Shown: positions 10,873-23,962 of the stretch, piece by piece | Numbering within the stretch: position 1 is the first letter of the stretch | How the letters are laid out: each line of letters opens with the position of its first letter | Source: Nannocystales bacterium | Lineage (GTDB): Bacteria; Myxococcota_A; Polyangia; Nannocystales; Nannocystaceae | Reading direction: 5' to 3' | Assembly (NCBI GenBank): GCA_050633305.1 | Contig: JBOEGF010000043.1 | Span: 224,001-288,000 of the forward strand | Length of the DNA stretch: 64,000 bases | The notes under the pieces: model-generated | Told to the model about the DNA's origin: nothing | Databases searched by the model: none | What the model saw: only the letters and a program-made list of their open reading frames with translations | Position numbers and translations under genes: made by a program

Positions 10873-12267
10873 ATGGTCTGCGTGGGTCGACTGGTTGTGG
10901 GGTTGGTTGCGGTCTGTGGGCTTGCGGCCTGTGCGTCGGAAACCCGAGACTCGGATGACGCCCCGATGCAGCTGACGACGTTGTCGGACAGCGCAGGGAC
11001 GGACGGATCGGCGTCGGGCGGGGACACGACGGGCTACCTCGACGTGGGCAACGGCTCGGGCGGCGTTTCGGGAGCGGGTGACGAAGGCGGAGGGTGCGGG
11101 GCGGAGGACATTCTCGACCCCAACGCGACGTTGGAGGGGACGGTCTTTGCGCCCAACCTCGAGATCCCGATCAGCGGGGCGGTCGTGTACATCACCGACC
11201 GGCCCATTCCAGACATCCCCGATGAGTCCTACTGCGCGGAGTGTGTCGAGCTGGAGTGCGATGTGAACTTCGTGTTCACCGAGGCCGATGGCTCGTTCTC
11301 GCTTCCCGCTGTGGCCGCGCCCGGGCAGCAGCTTGTCGTGCAGAAGGGCGAATTCCGTCACGTGGTCGACTTCGATGTCGTGGAAGGGACCAACACCGTG
11401 GCACCGATGGACAGCGCGCTTCCGGGACGCTGGGATCCGGCCAACGGCATGTGGATCCCTCGGATCGCGGTCTACGAAGCGGACCCCGACCGCGTCTACA
11501 ACGTGTTGGCCAAGTTCGGTCTCGGGGAGGTCTCCGCCAGTGGCGACCTGATCCAAGGCACGGAACAGTTCGACCTGATCAGCAGCGCCGACGGATCGTG
11601 GATGGACGATCTCAACAACCTGCGCCCGTATCACATCGTCTTTGTTCCTTGCGCCACCACGAGCTTTTGGATTGGCGCCCCGGGAGTGCCCGGACTGCGG
11701 GCCCAGAATATTCGTGACTACGTCGCAGGGGGAGGCAAGTGGTACGCGACCGACCACGCCAACGAGTACATCTCGGTACCGTTCGACCCCTACGTGGACT
11801 TCCACAACGAAGCGATGCCCGATCTACAGCCGGCCTACGATGTCGTCGGGCAGGTGCTGGACCCGGATATGTTGGCGTGGCTGCAAGCCCTCCCGCCGGC
11901 GCTCAAAGACATCGGCGGCGGGTACCCGACGCTCAACCAGCTTCCGAGCGTCGAGTTGGAGCTCAACTACTCCGGCATCGATGCGGTGCACGAAGTCATG
12001 GTCGAGACCGATGAGGGCGAGCAGGTCAACGTCGGGCCATACACCTACGTTGGCGGGCCCTGTACGAGCTGCAGTGATTCCGGGAGCAGTCGGCCGATGG
12101 CGTTCGTCGGGCAGTTCGGCTGCGGTCGCATGATGTACAGCACCTTCGAGACGTCGTCTGTTGCCCACGCGGGTCTCAGTCCCCAAGAGCTCGCGCTGCT
12201 GTACATGATCCTCGAGATCGGCGTCTGTCACGACACGCCGCCCCCGCAGCCACCTCCGGTCGGATGA
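10873..12267 (+). CDS. Secreted lipoprotein with carboxypeptidase-regulatory-like (Ig-like) domain
   Basis: LAAC lipobox, Gly/Ser/Asp linker, LEGTVFAPN..PISGAVVY..TEADGSFSL. Confidence 0.65.
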   Translation: MVCVGRLVVGLVAVCGLAACASETRDSDDAPMQLTTLSDSAGTDGSASGGDTTGYLDVGNGSGGVSGAGDEGGGCGAEDILDPNATLEGTVFAPNLEIPISGAVVYITDRPIPDIPDESYCAECVELECDVNFVFTEADGSFSLPAVAAPGQQLVVQKGEFRHVVDFDVVEGTNTVAPMDSALPGRWDPANGMWIPRIAVYEADPDRVYNVLAKFGLGEVSASGDLIQGTEQFDLISSADGSWMDDLNNLRPYHIVFVPCATTSFWIGAPGVPGLRAQNIRDYVAGGGKWYATDHANEYISVPFDPYVDFHNEAMPDLQPAYDVVGQVLDPDMLAWLQALPPALKDIGGGYPTLNQLPSVELELNYSGIDAVHEVMVETDEGEQVNVGPYTYVGGPCTSCSDSGSSRPMAFVGQFGCGRMMYSTFETSSVAHAGLSPQELALLYMILEIGVCHDTPPPQPPPVG

Positions 12268-12411
12268 CGACCGCGACCTGCGCGACGAACGGCCGGCAGG
12301 AACGCGGAGTATCGTGCGTGTGCCCGGCCGGGCGTACAGCCCCCTGGACTCGCCTGGGCAGGCTCTTTGCAGCTACTCTCCGCCCCACTCGGCATGACTT
12401 TCACGTACACG

Positions 12412-13464
12412 ATGCGACACATCGCGACCTCGCTTGCGCTTGGCCTCTGCGTGGGAGCGGCTGCTTGCGGTGGTGAGCCTGCAAAGTCCGAAGCTGACGC
12501 GGAGTCGAAGGCGAAAGCCGAGCCCGCGCCCAAGCCCGCGCCCGAACCGGTGGTGCAGGCCGAGCCGGAGCCGCCACCGAAAACACTGCCCAAGACCCTG
12601 GCTTCGCTCGATGAGGTGATCGCGGCGGCCGTGGAGATCCACAGCCAGCACCGCCGGACCTTCTACTGCAACTGCGCCTATACCCCCCAGCTTCGGATCG
12701 CTCGAGGAACGTGCGGGTACAAGACGCGCGCCGACGAAAGCCTCTCCAAGCGCGTGGCTTGGGACCACGTGGTGCCGAACCGTGCGTTTGGAGAGCACCG
12801 CTCGTGCTGGCGAGAGCCGATCTGCCAGGACGAGGCCGGCGTGGCCTTCTCTGGCGTCCGTTGCTGCCGCGAGGTCGACGAGGAGTTCCGCGCGATGGAA
12901 CTCGATCTACAAAACCTCGTGCCTGCGGTGGGCGAGCTTCAGGCCGATCGCTCCGACTTCGACTTCGGTGAACTCGAAGGCGAAACGCGGATGTATGGAG
13001 CATGCGACTTCGAGGTGGACCGTTCGCTTCGGCGGGCCGAGCCCGACGAGGACACGCGCGGTGAGATCGCTCGTGCCTACCTCTACATGCAGGACACCTA
13101 CGGCGATGGCCTCCCGCTGACGGAGGCCGAGAGGACTCAATTCGAGGCGTGGCACGAGGCCGATCCTCCCAACGCCTGGGAGGTCCAGCGCAACCGACGA
13201 GTGGCGGCGGTGCAGGGAATCTCGAACAGCTTCTTGCCGATGATGGCGCCCGCAGGGGATGAGGATGTCGAGCCGGAGCGAGCTGGTGCCCCCACGAACG
13301 GCGGCGCAGCGAAGGCGCCGGCAGCGAAGGCGCCCGCACAGGAAGCCCCGGCAGAGGAGGCCCCCGCAAAAGCGGAGCCCGAAGGCGGAGCGGCTCCGGA
13401 GAACGACGCCGGCGGAGCGGAGCCTGTCGCAGCACCCGGCGCCGAGCCAAAGACCGCAGGGTAG
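12412..13464 (+). CDS. Endonuclease I (EndA/Vvn family) lipoprotein
   Basis: TFYCNC, WDHVVP, NLVPAVGE..DRS, RGEIARAYLYM, W..ADPP.AWE..RN..QG..N; AAAC lipobox. Confidence 0.88.
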   Translation: MRHIATSLALGLCVGAAACGGEPAKSEADAESKAKAEPAPKPAPEPVVQAEPEPPPKTLPKTLASLDEVIAAAVEIHSQHRRTFYCNCAYTPQLRIARGTCGYKTRADESLSKRVAWDHVVPNRAFGEHRSCWREPICQDEAGVAFSGVRCCREVDEEFRAMELDLQNLVPAVGELQADRSDFDFGELEGETRMYGACDFEVDRSLRRAEPDEDTRGEIARAYLYMQDTYGDGLPLTEAERTQFEAWHEADPPNAWEVQRNRRVAAVQGISNSFLPMMAPAGDEDVEPERAGAPTNGGAAKAPAAKAPAQEAPAEEAPAKAEPEGGAAPENDAGGAEPVAAPGAEPKTAG

Positions 13465-13524
13465 TCGCGTCCGGCTCGGCGCGGAGGCCCGCTCGCCCAA
13501 CGGATTCGGGCGAGCGGATGAACC

Positions 13525-14415
13525 TTAGAACCGCATGCTGAACGCAGCGCCGCCGCCGTGGCGGTTGAAGTAGGGCGCGACGGAGTACTGGCCCTGCTCG
13601 TTCGCCTTCTTCTGCTTGTAGCCCTTGCCCAGCAAGACGCCGCCGGTCACGACCATGGCGGCACCGAACACCGCAGTTCCGATGCTTGCGCCGAGCCCGT
13701 TTTTCTCGGCGGTGCTCGCCGTGCCGATCGTGGCCGCGGTCCCGCTGAGAAGAACGAGGGCGCCGATACCACCGACGGTCCAACCGATGGCGATCATGCC
13801 CTCGGCACGGTTGTTCGCCTTGGCTTTCTTCTGCTCACGCATCACCTCGGGAGGTGGCGTGTAGCCGGTATCGAACTCGATGCTGGTCCCCGGATCAGTC
13901 TGATCGGTGGCCACCACTCCAGTGGTGGTGTCCTCGCCCGCCTCGATGCGCTTGATCCGGGCGTTGAGTTCCTGGATCCGCTTTTGCGCCTTGCCGACCT
14001 CGGCCTCGGTCTCGGGCGTCTTCTTGAACATCGCCTTGTAGCTCCCGACCCATTGCTCGAGCAGAAGCACCGCTTGCCGAAGGTGCGCGACGTCCTTGTC
14101 GACATCGAACGCCTTCTCGCGGGCGAGCGCGATGTTGTAGACCATCGCGTTGCGAACCCCGGCTTGGTTCTCGGGGACCTTGGCCATGGCTTGCTGCCAC
14201 ACGTCGATCGCACCCTCGTAGTCGAACGTGTCGTACTTCGAGCGGCCGCGTTCGAACATCTCCCGCGCCTCAGCGAGCTGTGCCTCCTCATCCGCAGCGG
14301 GTGGCGCCGCGTTCACAACCGTCGGCGCGAGCGAAACCGCGACACCCGCCGGGCAAGCGAGGGCCACGGCGAGGGTCGGGCTGATGAAGCGCTGGACGAA
14401 CGGACGTGCCGACAC
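13525..14415 (-). CDS. TPR-like exported/membrane protein
   Basis: AREMFERGRSKYDTFDYEGAIDVW TPR-like helices; C-terminal Gly-rich hydrophobic segments. GTG start 6 nt after TATGCT. Confidence 0.7.
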   Translation of the reverse strand: MSARPFVQRFISPTLAVALACPAGVAVSLAPTVVNAAPPAADEEAQLAEAREMFERGRSKYDTFDYEGAIDVWQQAMAKVPENQAGVRNAMVYNIALAREKAFDVDKDVAHLRQAVLLLEQWVGSYKAMFKKTPETEAEVGKAQKRIQELNARIKRIEAGEDTTTGVVATDQTDPGTSIEFDTGYTPPPEVMREQKKAKANNRAEGMIAIGWTVGGIGALVLLSGTAATIGTASTAEKNGLGASIGTAVFGAAMVVTGGVLLGKGYKQKKANEQGQYSVAPYFNRHGGGAAFSMRF

Positions 14416-14473
14416 GGCGCAAGCATAACGCCGTGGGGCCATCGCGGGTATCGAACCGACAGGTGGGAGTGAT

Positions 14474-16438
<1,965 letters not shown>

Positions 16439-16444
16439 GAACGC

Positions 16445-16474
16445 GAACTAGCACCGACGCGGAATCCGCGTCAA
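16445..16474 (-). promoter_or_regulatory. Putative promoter giving a leaderless POT mRNA
   Basis: TTGACG-N18-TAGTTC-N6-GTG. Confidence 0.5.
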
Positions 16475-16544
16475 ACCCACCGGGATCAGCCGCGGACAGC
16501 GCGCGTGATTGTCTTTCCCGGCCGGGTGCGCTACGTGCAGCTTG

Positions 16545-17498
16545 GTGGATTCCCCGCAATCGGCCCTCCTGCAGCGCCGTTTTGTCCTGATGACCGGGAA
16601 GGGCGGCGTCGGCAAGACCACACTGGTGGCTGCGCTCGCGGTTCACGCCGCATCGCTCGGCATGCGGCCCCTGGTTGTCGAACTCGGCCATCGCGAGTCC
16701 ATGCGAAGCATCTTCGGGATGGACGACATCGGGTTCACCCCCCGAGACGTCGGGCTGGGCGTCCACGCCATGAGCGTCGACGTCGATGGCGCCGTGCTCG
16801 ACTACATGATCGAGCACATCCCCTCCAAGCGGGTCGCAAAGTCGATCGTGCAGAACAAGGTGCTCGAACGACTGTTCGCAGCAATGCCGGCCGTCGGGGA
16901 GATCGCCACCCTCAACAAGCTCCGCCAGCTCGAAGCCGAGACGCTCAGCTCCGGCGCTCGGCGCTGGGGACCCATCTTCGTCGACCTGGACGCAACGGGT
17001 CATGCGCTGATGTTTCTCGAGTTGCACAGTGTCATCGACAGCATCATGGGCGCGGGCCCGATGAAACGTCTGGTCGAGGAGACAGCGCAGATGCTCGCCG
17101 ACCCCGAGCTCACGCGGCTGTGCCTCGCGGCGACGCCCGCTGAGCTGCCGGTCACCGAAACGATCGAGCTCTACGAAAAACTGCAGGGCCGGGGGTTGAT
17201 CTCCTTCGGAGCCGTGTTCGCCAACCGCATGCCGCCGGCCGGGCTTTCCGAGCAGAGCGCCGCGGCTTTGGACAGCGTCGAGTCGGCGGCCCGCTCCGTG
17301 GGTCACCCCGACGTGCTGGCGGATGTCGCCTGGGCCCGCACGGTGCAGCGGCAGTCCGCCGCGGCGCGCGCTCAGATCGATCGTCTGCGAGAACACGTGC
17401 CGCTGCCGATCGTGGAGTTGCCGCAACTCCCGGCGGCCCGAATGGATGGCGAGGTACTTGGGCGACTGGGCGCGTTGGCGGTCGGAGGTGCAGCATGA
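16545..17498 (+). CDS. ArsA/Get3-like ATPase (first of pair)
   Basis: GKGGVGKTT, DLDATGH, ELPVTETIEL. Start uncertain (16509-16545). Confidence 0.85.
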   Translation: MDSPQSALLQRRFVLMTGKGGVGKTTLVAALAVHAASLGMRPLVVELGHRESMRSIFGMDDIGFTPRDVGLGVHAMSVDVDGAVLDYMIEHIPSKRVAKSIVQNKVLERLFAAMPAVGEIATLNKLRQLEAETLSSGARRWGPIFVDLDATGHALMFLELHSVIDSIMGAGPMKRLVEETAQMLADPELTRLCLAATPAELPVTETIELYEKLQGRGLISFGAVFANRMPPAGLSEQSAAALDSVESAARSVGHPDVLADVAWARTVQRQSAAARAQIDRLREHVPLPIVELPQLPAARMDGEVLGRLGALAVGGAA

Positions 17499-18670
17499 GC
17501 CTGGACAAGCTCGTTCGCGAACAATCGCTCATCGTCTGTGTGGGTCCTGGCGGGGTGGGAAAAACCACGGTCTCGGCGGCCGTGGGCCTGGCCGGAGCCC
17601 GGGCGGGTCGCAAGACCGTGGTGCTCACCATCGACCCCGCCCGCCGTTTGGCGGACGCGCTGGGTCTGCCCGGCCTCGACGACGAGATCCGCCCTGTCCC
17701 GGTCGAGTCGCTTCCCGAGCTCGCCGATGGCAGTACGACGGCGCCGCTTCATGCTGCGATGGTCGATACCGCGGCGAGTTATGCGTCGCTGATCCGCCGC
17801 GTTTCGCCCGACGAGTCCACGCACCAGCGCATCCTCGACAACCGGGTGTTTCAAGCCGTCTCTCGCTCGCTCGCACGCTCGCACGCTTACGTTGCGATGG
17901 AGCGGCTGTACGACGCGATGGAGAACCACGACTACGACTTGGTCGTGCTCGACACGCCGCCAGCCCGCAACGCGCTCGACATTCTCGATGCGCCGATGTC
18001 TCTGGCGAACTTTCTCGACAGTCGGTTCGTCGAATGGTTCTTGCCCGGAGAGAGCCCCAAGGGGATTCGGGACCGGCTCATCGCCAGCGGTGGAGCGGTG
18101 GCCAAGCGCATGCTTGGGCTCGTCACCGGTCGCAAGCTTCTCGACGAAATCGTCGCGTTCCTCGAGGCCTTCGCGACACTTCGCGAAGGCTTTGCGTCGC
18201 GTGCGACCCGAGTGGATGCGAGCCTTCGAGACCCCTCGACCAGCTTCGTCCTGGTCAGCTCGGCGAACCCCTCGAGTGCCGACGACGCGGCGTGGCTGCG
18301 CCACGACCTCGAGCGCCGCAAGGTCCCGGTCTCCGGCGTCGTGTTCAACCAAAGCTACCTCCCACTCGAGCCGTCGGACACGCTCGCCCGAGTGTCGCGG
18401 CTGCGCGACGACGACCTCGATGCACGCGCGGGCTCCCTGGCGCCGCACCTGCCCAGCGTCGCTGATCCCAAAAGCCTGCTGCGAGACCTGCGGGCCATGC
18501 GAATCGAGGCGGCGGACGAAAACGCCCGCTTTGATGCCATCGTCGATGGTCTGGCGGCAGAACTCGATTCGGGCTGTGCGCAGGTTCGTGCTCCACGATT
18601 CGACGACGAGATCCGGGATCTCGGTGGTCTGCTGCGGCTGGTGAGCGTGTTGGTCGGCAAGTCTCGCTGA
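17495..18670 (+). CDS. ArsA/Get3-like ATPase (second of pair)
   Basis: GPGGVGKTT, TIDPARRLADALG, VLDTPP; ATGA overlap with the first gene. Confidence 0.88.
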   Translation: MSLDKLVREQSLIVCVGPGGVGKTTVSAAVGLAGARAGRKTVVLTIDPARRLADALGLPGLDDEIRPVPVESLPELADGSTTAPLHAAMVDTAASYASLIRRVSPDESTHQRILDNRVFQAVSRSLARSHAYVAMERLYDAMENHDYDLVVLDTPPARNALDILDAPMSLANFLDSRFVEWFLPGESPKGIRDRLIASGGAVAKRMLGLVTGRKLLDEIVAFLEAFATLREGFASRATRVDASLRDPSTSFVLVSSANPSSADDAAWLRHDLERRKVPVSGVVFNQSYLPLEPSDTLARVSRLRDDDLDARAGSLAPHLPSVADPKSLLRDLRAMRIEAADENARFDAIVDGLAAELDSGCAQVRAPRFDDEIRDLGGLLRLVSVLVGKSR

Positions 18671-18731
18671 GTGCGCTGCCGTGCTCCGAGCGGGGGGACG
18701 CAGCTGATCCGCGGGCCGGCGTGATCGTCTG

Positions 18732-19943
18732 GTGTCCGGTCGGCACTACCCAGATGTGCTTGCCCTGACTCCCCGCTGTCGCGCATTCGCCGAGGTGGCC
18801 GCCGGCGCCGCCGCCCTGCTCGTTTGCGTCGCGACCAGTTCTGCGGACGAGAATCGGGGGCCCGGTCCGACAACGGTCGGAGATCCTGACTTCGAACCCG
18901 AACCCATCTCAGAGTTTGCGTCGGTCGTGTTGCACAACGTTCGCGCGGCGGACTCGGTCGTTCGCCTGCGACGGTTGGCGCCGGCGGTCGATGTCGACTG
19001 CGCCAGCATTCAGAGCAACCCCGGTGCACTGCTGACCGACGCGTTGCTGGGCCCCTCGGAGAGCTGGACCATTCCCGGCGGTGACAGTCTTGGGCTCGAC
19101 AGCACGCCGGGACGCTTGTGCGAGGTGATTCGGTTGGAAGCCGACGGAGCTGCCCCCCGCTGGTTGTTTTGGAACTCCGGTGCTCTATCGACCGAGCTCT
19201 TCCCAGGCGGCGAGCCTGTCGGCGACGGTGTCGTCCGACTGGTCCCCGAGGGGACCGGGTTGCGCTTCGAGGGCGCATCATCGTTTCTGTTTCTCCCCGA
19301 CGACCCCGCTCGCGGGCTCGAGCAGTGCGCACCGGTGCAAGACGGTCGGCGTCTCGAATGGGCGGATCCTTTGCCGACCGGCGGCGTGTTGCTGGACGCA
19401 TCGTGGGGGCCCGACGGGTGTGGTGCCGTGGTGCTCAGCGACGATGGTGAGACCCCCTCCAACCCCTGGTTCGTGTGCTTTCCGGAGACCTCGTGGCCGT
19501 TTGTCGCAGGGGACGTGCTCACCGTTCAGCCGGTATTCGGAACCGGGTTGGACGCGGTCGAGGTCATCGCCCACGATGCTCAGGGGGCAGTGACCCGGCA
19601 TGTCCAGGCCTACCGGGCCTCCGACGTCCCGAACGTGGACGGACTGTCGATGCGCTACCACAGCGACGATGACTGTGGATTCGATGTGGCCGCGAGCTGC
19701 GGCACGGTGAGCAAGGTGGGCGCCGTCGTTGTGCAGACCGCCGAGGGGGCGGACGTGGCGCTGGGGGCAGGGGAGTCGGCGTCCTCGTTGATGCTCCCCG
19801 ACACGAATCTGGAGACGACCGTCGCGGTCTTGGCTGCCCAAGAGCGTGTCGCGCTCGACCCCGAGTGCGCACGAGGACCCGACGTGTTGGGTCCTGACCT
19901 GGCGATCGTGATCACGCAGAACGAAGTGGAGGGCGAAGAATGA
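18732..19943 (+). CDS. Hypothetical exported Cys-containing protein
   Basis: Long ORF with host-like codon usage, coupled (ATGA) to the VWA gene. Start uncertain. Confidence 0.6.
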   Translation: MSGRHYPDVLALTPRCRAFAEVAAGAAALLVCVATSSADENRGPGPTTVGDPDFEPEPISEFASVVLHNVRAADSVVRLRRLAPAVDVDCASIQSNPGALLTDALLGPSESWTIPGGDSLGLDSTPGRLCEVIRLEADGAAPRWLFWNSGALSTELFPGGEPVGDGVVRLVPEGTGLRFEGASSFLFLPDDPARGLEQCAPVQDGRRLEWADPLPTGGVLLDASWGPDGCGAVVLSDDGETPSNPWFVCFPETSWPFVAGDVLTVQPVFGTGLDAVEVIAHDAQGAVTRHVQAYRASDVPNVDGLSMRYHSDDDCGFDVAASCGTVSKVGAVVVQTAEGADVALGAGESASSLMLPDTNLETTVAVLAAQERVALDPECARGPDVLGPDLAIVITQNEVEGEE

Positions 19944-21529
19944 CCAAACGAATGTGGATGGGTGCGCTGGCGATGGCGCTGTGTGGAATCGGTGGCTGTG
20001 ACGCGGACTCGGGTGGGTATGACGGGTCGGCCGCCGACGGATCCGCCGGGGTCGACCCGACGGTTGGCGGGGATGGTGAGTCCCCCGCAGACGACGGCGT
20101 GGGCCCGGCGGTCGGGCAGGGGGGCGCGCAGGACTTCGGGCAGTTTCGACAGATTCTCGAAGAGGGCAACATCCCGGGGCCCGAGACGCTCGACGATGTG
20201 GGCTTCTTCGCCGAGCACCGCATCGATCTCGGCCCGGCGACGTGCGAGGACGACGTCTGCTTGCAGGGCTCGTTGGCAGTGATGGGCAACATGGTCAACG
20301 GCAACAACTGCACGATGGTGATGATGGGGATGACGACGCCTATCGACATCGAGTCGATGCCGCGGCCCCCACTCAACCTCGCGATCGCGATCGACACCAG
20401 CGGATCGATGTTGGGCTCGCCTATCGACTACGTGCGTGACGGGCTCCTCGAGATGCAGCAGGTCCTGCGGCCTGAGGATCACGTGACGCTGATCGCGTTC
20501 TCCGACCGCGCCGAGGTGTTGGCGCAGGGGCTCTCCGGTGACGATCCTGCGCTGACCGACGCGATTGCATCGATCTCCGCCCAGGGCCGAACCGACGTGT
20601 ACGGCGGTCTTCGATCCGCGCTCGAGTATGTCGATTCTTCGGTGGACCCCACACGACAGAACCGAGTCCTGTTGCTCTCCGACGGCGAGTCGACCACCGG
20701 CGTGGTCAACGACGCCCGGGTCCTGACACTGGCCGAGTCGTATGCCGCTCGCGGGATCTCGGTCTCCACGATCGGCATGGGCGAGGCGTTCGATCCTGCC
20801 TTGATGCGCGGCCTCGCCGAGACCGGGGGGGGCGCGTTCTACTTCGTCGAAGACCCCGCGGCCGTCCACGAGGTGTTCGTGGAGGAAGCCCTGGCGTTCT
20901 TGCTTCCGCTGGCTCGCAACGTGGTCATCGACGCCGAGATCGCCCATGGGTATTCGTTGCGGGGGGTGTTTGGCACGCAGCGTGCCACGGTCACGCCGGG
21001 GCGGACTCGGATCGAGATCCCCTCGCTGCAACTCGCTCATCGTGTATCCAGCGGGGACAACGAGGCGGGCCGGCGCGGAGGAGGTGGTGCGATGGTGCTC
21101 GAGCTCACCCCCGAGGCCGGAGCCAGCGGCGCCGACGTTGGCATCCTGCGCATCGCCTACGACACGCCCTGGGGAGACTCGCGTGTGGAGCAAGAGGTCG
21201 AGATTCGCTCGCCGCTCGACCCGGGGGAGACTCCCGAAGATGGCTTCTTCGAGGCGGACGGAACCCACAAGGCGTTTGTCACGCTCAACCTCTACGCCGG
21301 GTTTGAGATGGCGGCCGTTCGCGCGGCTGCTGGGGACGGGCTTGGGGCGCTGCAGGTGCTCGAGCCCTTGGGGGAGGCCGTTGAGGCTTGGCTCGCGCAG
21401 AACCCCGATGCCGACATCGAAGACGATCTACGGTACGTGGACCTGTTCATCGAGAATCTCGAGCAGCGCGGGGTCCAGGCTCCGATGGATCTTCCGCCGC
21501 CGGCGGAGGACCCGTGGCCGCAAGACTGA
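19940..21529 (+). CDS. von Willebrand factor A domain lipoprotein
   Basis: DTSGSM MIDAS, LLSDG, TIGMG..LAETGGG; IGGC lipobox. Confidence 0.88.
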   Translation: MTKRMWMGALAMALCGIGGCDADSGGYDGSAADGSAGVDPTVGGDGESPADDGVGPAVGQGGAQDFGQFRQILEEGNIPGPETLDDVGFFAEHRIDLGPATCEDDVCLQGSLAVMGNMVNGNNCTMVMMGMTTPIDIESMPRPPLNLAIAIDTSGSMLGSPIDYVRDGLLEMQQVLRPEDHVTLIAFSDRAEVLAQGLSGDDPALTDAIASISAQGRTDVYGGLRSALEYVDSSVDPTRQNRVLLLSDGESTTGVVNDARVLTLAESYAARGISVSTIGMGEAFDPALMRGLAETGGGAFYFVEDPAAVHEVFVEEALAFLLPLARNVVIDAEIAHGYSLRGVFGTQRATVTPGRTRIEIPSLQLAHRVSSGDNEAGRRGGGGAMVLELTPEAGASGADVGILRIAYDTPWGDSRVEQEVEIRSPLDPGETPEDGFFEADGTHKAFVTLNLYAGFEMAAVRAAAGDGLGALQVLEPLGEAVEAWLAQNPDADIEDDLRYVDLFIENLEQRGVQAPMDLPPPAEDPWPQD

Positions 21530-21577
21530 GCGCTCGATCATTGCGCCGCCCCAGACCTTCGCGTCACACTGGGAGCG

Positions 21578-21832
21578 ATGGATCGGATGACCCGCGCGAA
21601 GGTGGACTCTCTCGTTCACCTGCTTCGCACGCGGCCCGACGGCGAGCTCGAGTCGCTCGATGGCCTCGACGAGCTGGCCCGGAAGCTTCAGCTCGACCCG
21701 ATGATCGTACGGCGAATCGCCGAGGAACAAGGCGTGAAGGTTCGGGACGGCCACCGGGCAGCGTCCCGCGAGACCGATCCCAACCAGAGCACCCAGGTGA
21801 TGTCGCTGGACGAAGTCCACGGCGAGCGTTGA
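21578..21832 (+). CDS. Hypothetical small protein
   Basis: 84-aa ORF with high GC3 and GGGAG just upstream. Confidence 0.55.
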   Translation: MDRMTRAKVDSLVHLLRTRPDGELESLDGLDELARKLQLDPMIVRRIAEEQGVKVRDGHRAASRETDPNQSTQVMSLDEVHGER

Positions 21833-21921
21833 GCTCCGGTAGAGCGCGACACATCGGGCCGCCCGGCCGCCCACTCGCGGGGATGGCACCGCCTTGCGCG
21901 GCGGGTGTATCGTGACGCCCG

Positions 21922-23190
<1,269 letters not shown>

Positions 23191-23198
23191 TCGGACCC

Positions 23199-23726
23199 AT
23201 GGCGACCTGGAAGCATTGCTCGACCTGCAAGAAGGACATCGCCTTCGAGGCGACCTACTACCTGTGCAATGTGTCGACGTGTCGTCGCAAGCGAACCGGG
23301 ATGTTCTTCTGTTCGGTTGACTGCTGGGAGGCGCACCTTCCGTTGATGCGCCATCGCGAGGCTTGGGCCGAGGAGGAAAAGGCGCCGACGCAGGCACAGT
23401 GGAAGGCCGAGCAGGAGGGGGGGGACAAGGCGACACGGCGCGTTGTTGCGAGTCCAGGTCCGGGGCCGAGCGGGGCCGTGAAGGACGGTGCTCCACGGCG
23501 CCGGGTGGTGGGGGCGAAGCCCACCGCTGTTCCGCAGGGCCCGCGCGAGGTGTTGATCGTGGCCAGTCGGCTCAAGCACTTCATTCGAGAAACGTGGGGC
23601 TTCAACACATCCGAAGGCGTGCTGGAGCCGCTGTCTGAAGAAGTGCGGCGGTTGTGTGTGAAGGCGGTCGAGCGAGCTCGAGAAGACGGGCGCAAGACCG
23701 TGCTCGAGCGCGACTTCGAGAGCTGA
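23199..23726 (+). CDS. Bacterial histone-fold protein with N-terminal Cys/His zinc finger (ZZ-type histone)
   Basis: C-terminus EVLIVASRLKHFIRE..NTS..LSEEVRRLC.KAVERAREDGRKTVLERDF carries the histone RKTVxxRD signature. N-terminus CxxC..CxxxxC..CxxxCxxxH..H. Confidence 0.85.
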   Translation: MATWKHCSTCKKDIAFEATYYLCNVSTCRRKRTGMFFCSVDCWEAHLPLMRHREAWAEEEKAPTQAQWKAEQEGGDKATRRVVASPGPGPSGAVKDGAPRRRVVGAKPTAVPQGPREVLIVASRLKHFIRETWGFNTSEGVLEPLSEEVRRLCVKAVERAREDGRKTVLERDFES

Positions 23727-23962
23727 TCTTGGCCGGCGGGTACGCGCACGGGTCACGGGGTTCCACGGTGGGCAATCCGGTTGCTCAACTTGAGCAGGCT
23801 CGTTGCCCGACCCGGGAATCGAGAGGCCCGGCGACCCGATGATCCGTACTTTCTCGGGCTGGCCCGCGGTTTGCATTTTTGGTGGGGGAGTCGCCAGTTG
23901 AACGTTGTTCGCCTTGCTTCGAACGACGACTGGCGGACCGATTCAGCTCGGAAGAACCGATC

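Noticed and set aside
16545..18670. Arsenic resistance operon
   Set aside because: No arsB/acr3, arsC, arsD or arsR; single-domain ATPases without an evident metalloid-binding Cys set.
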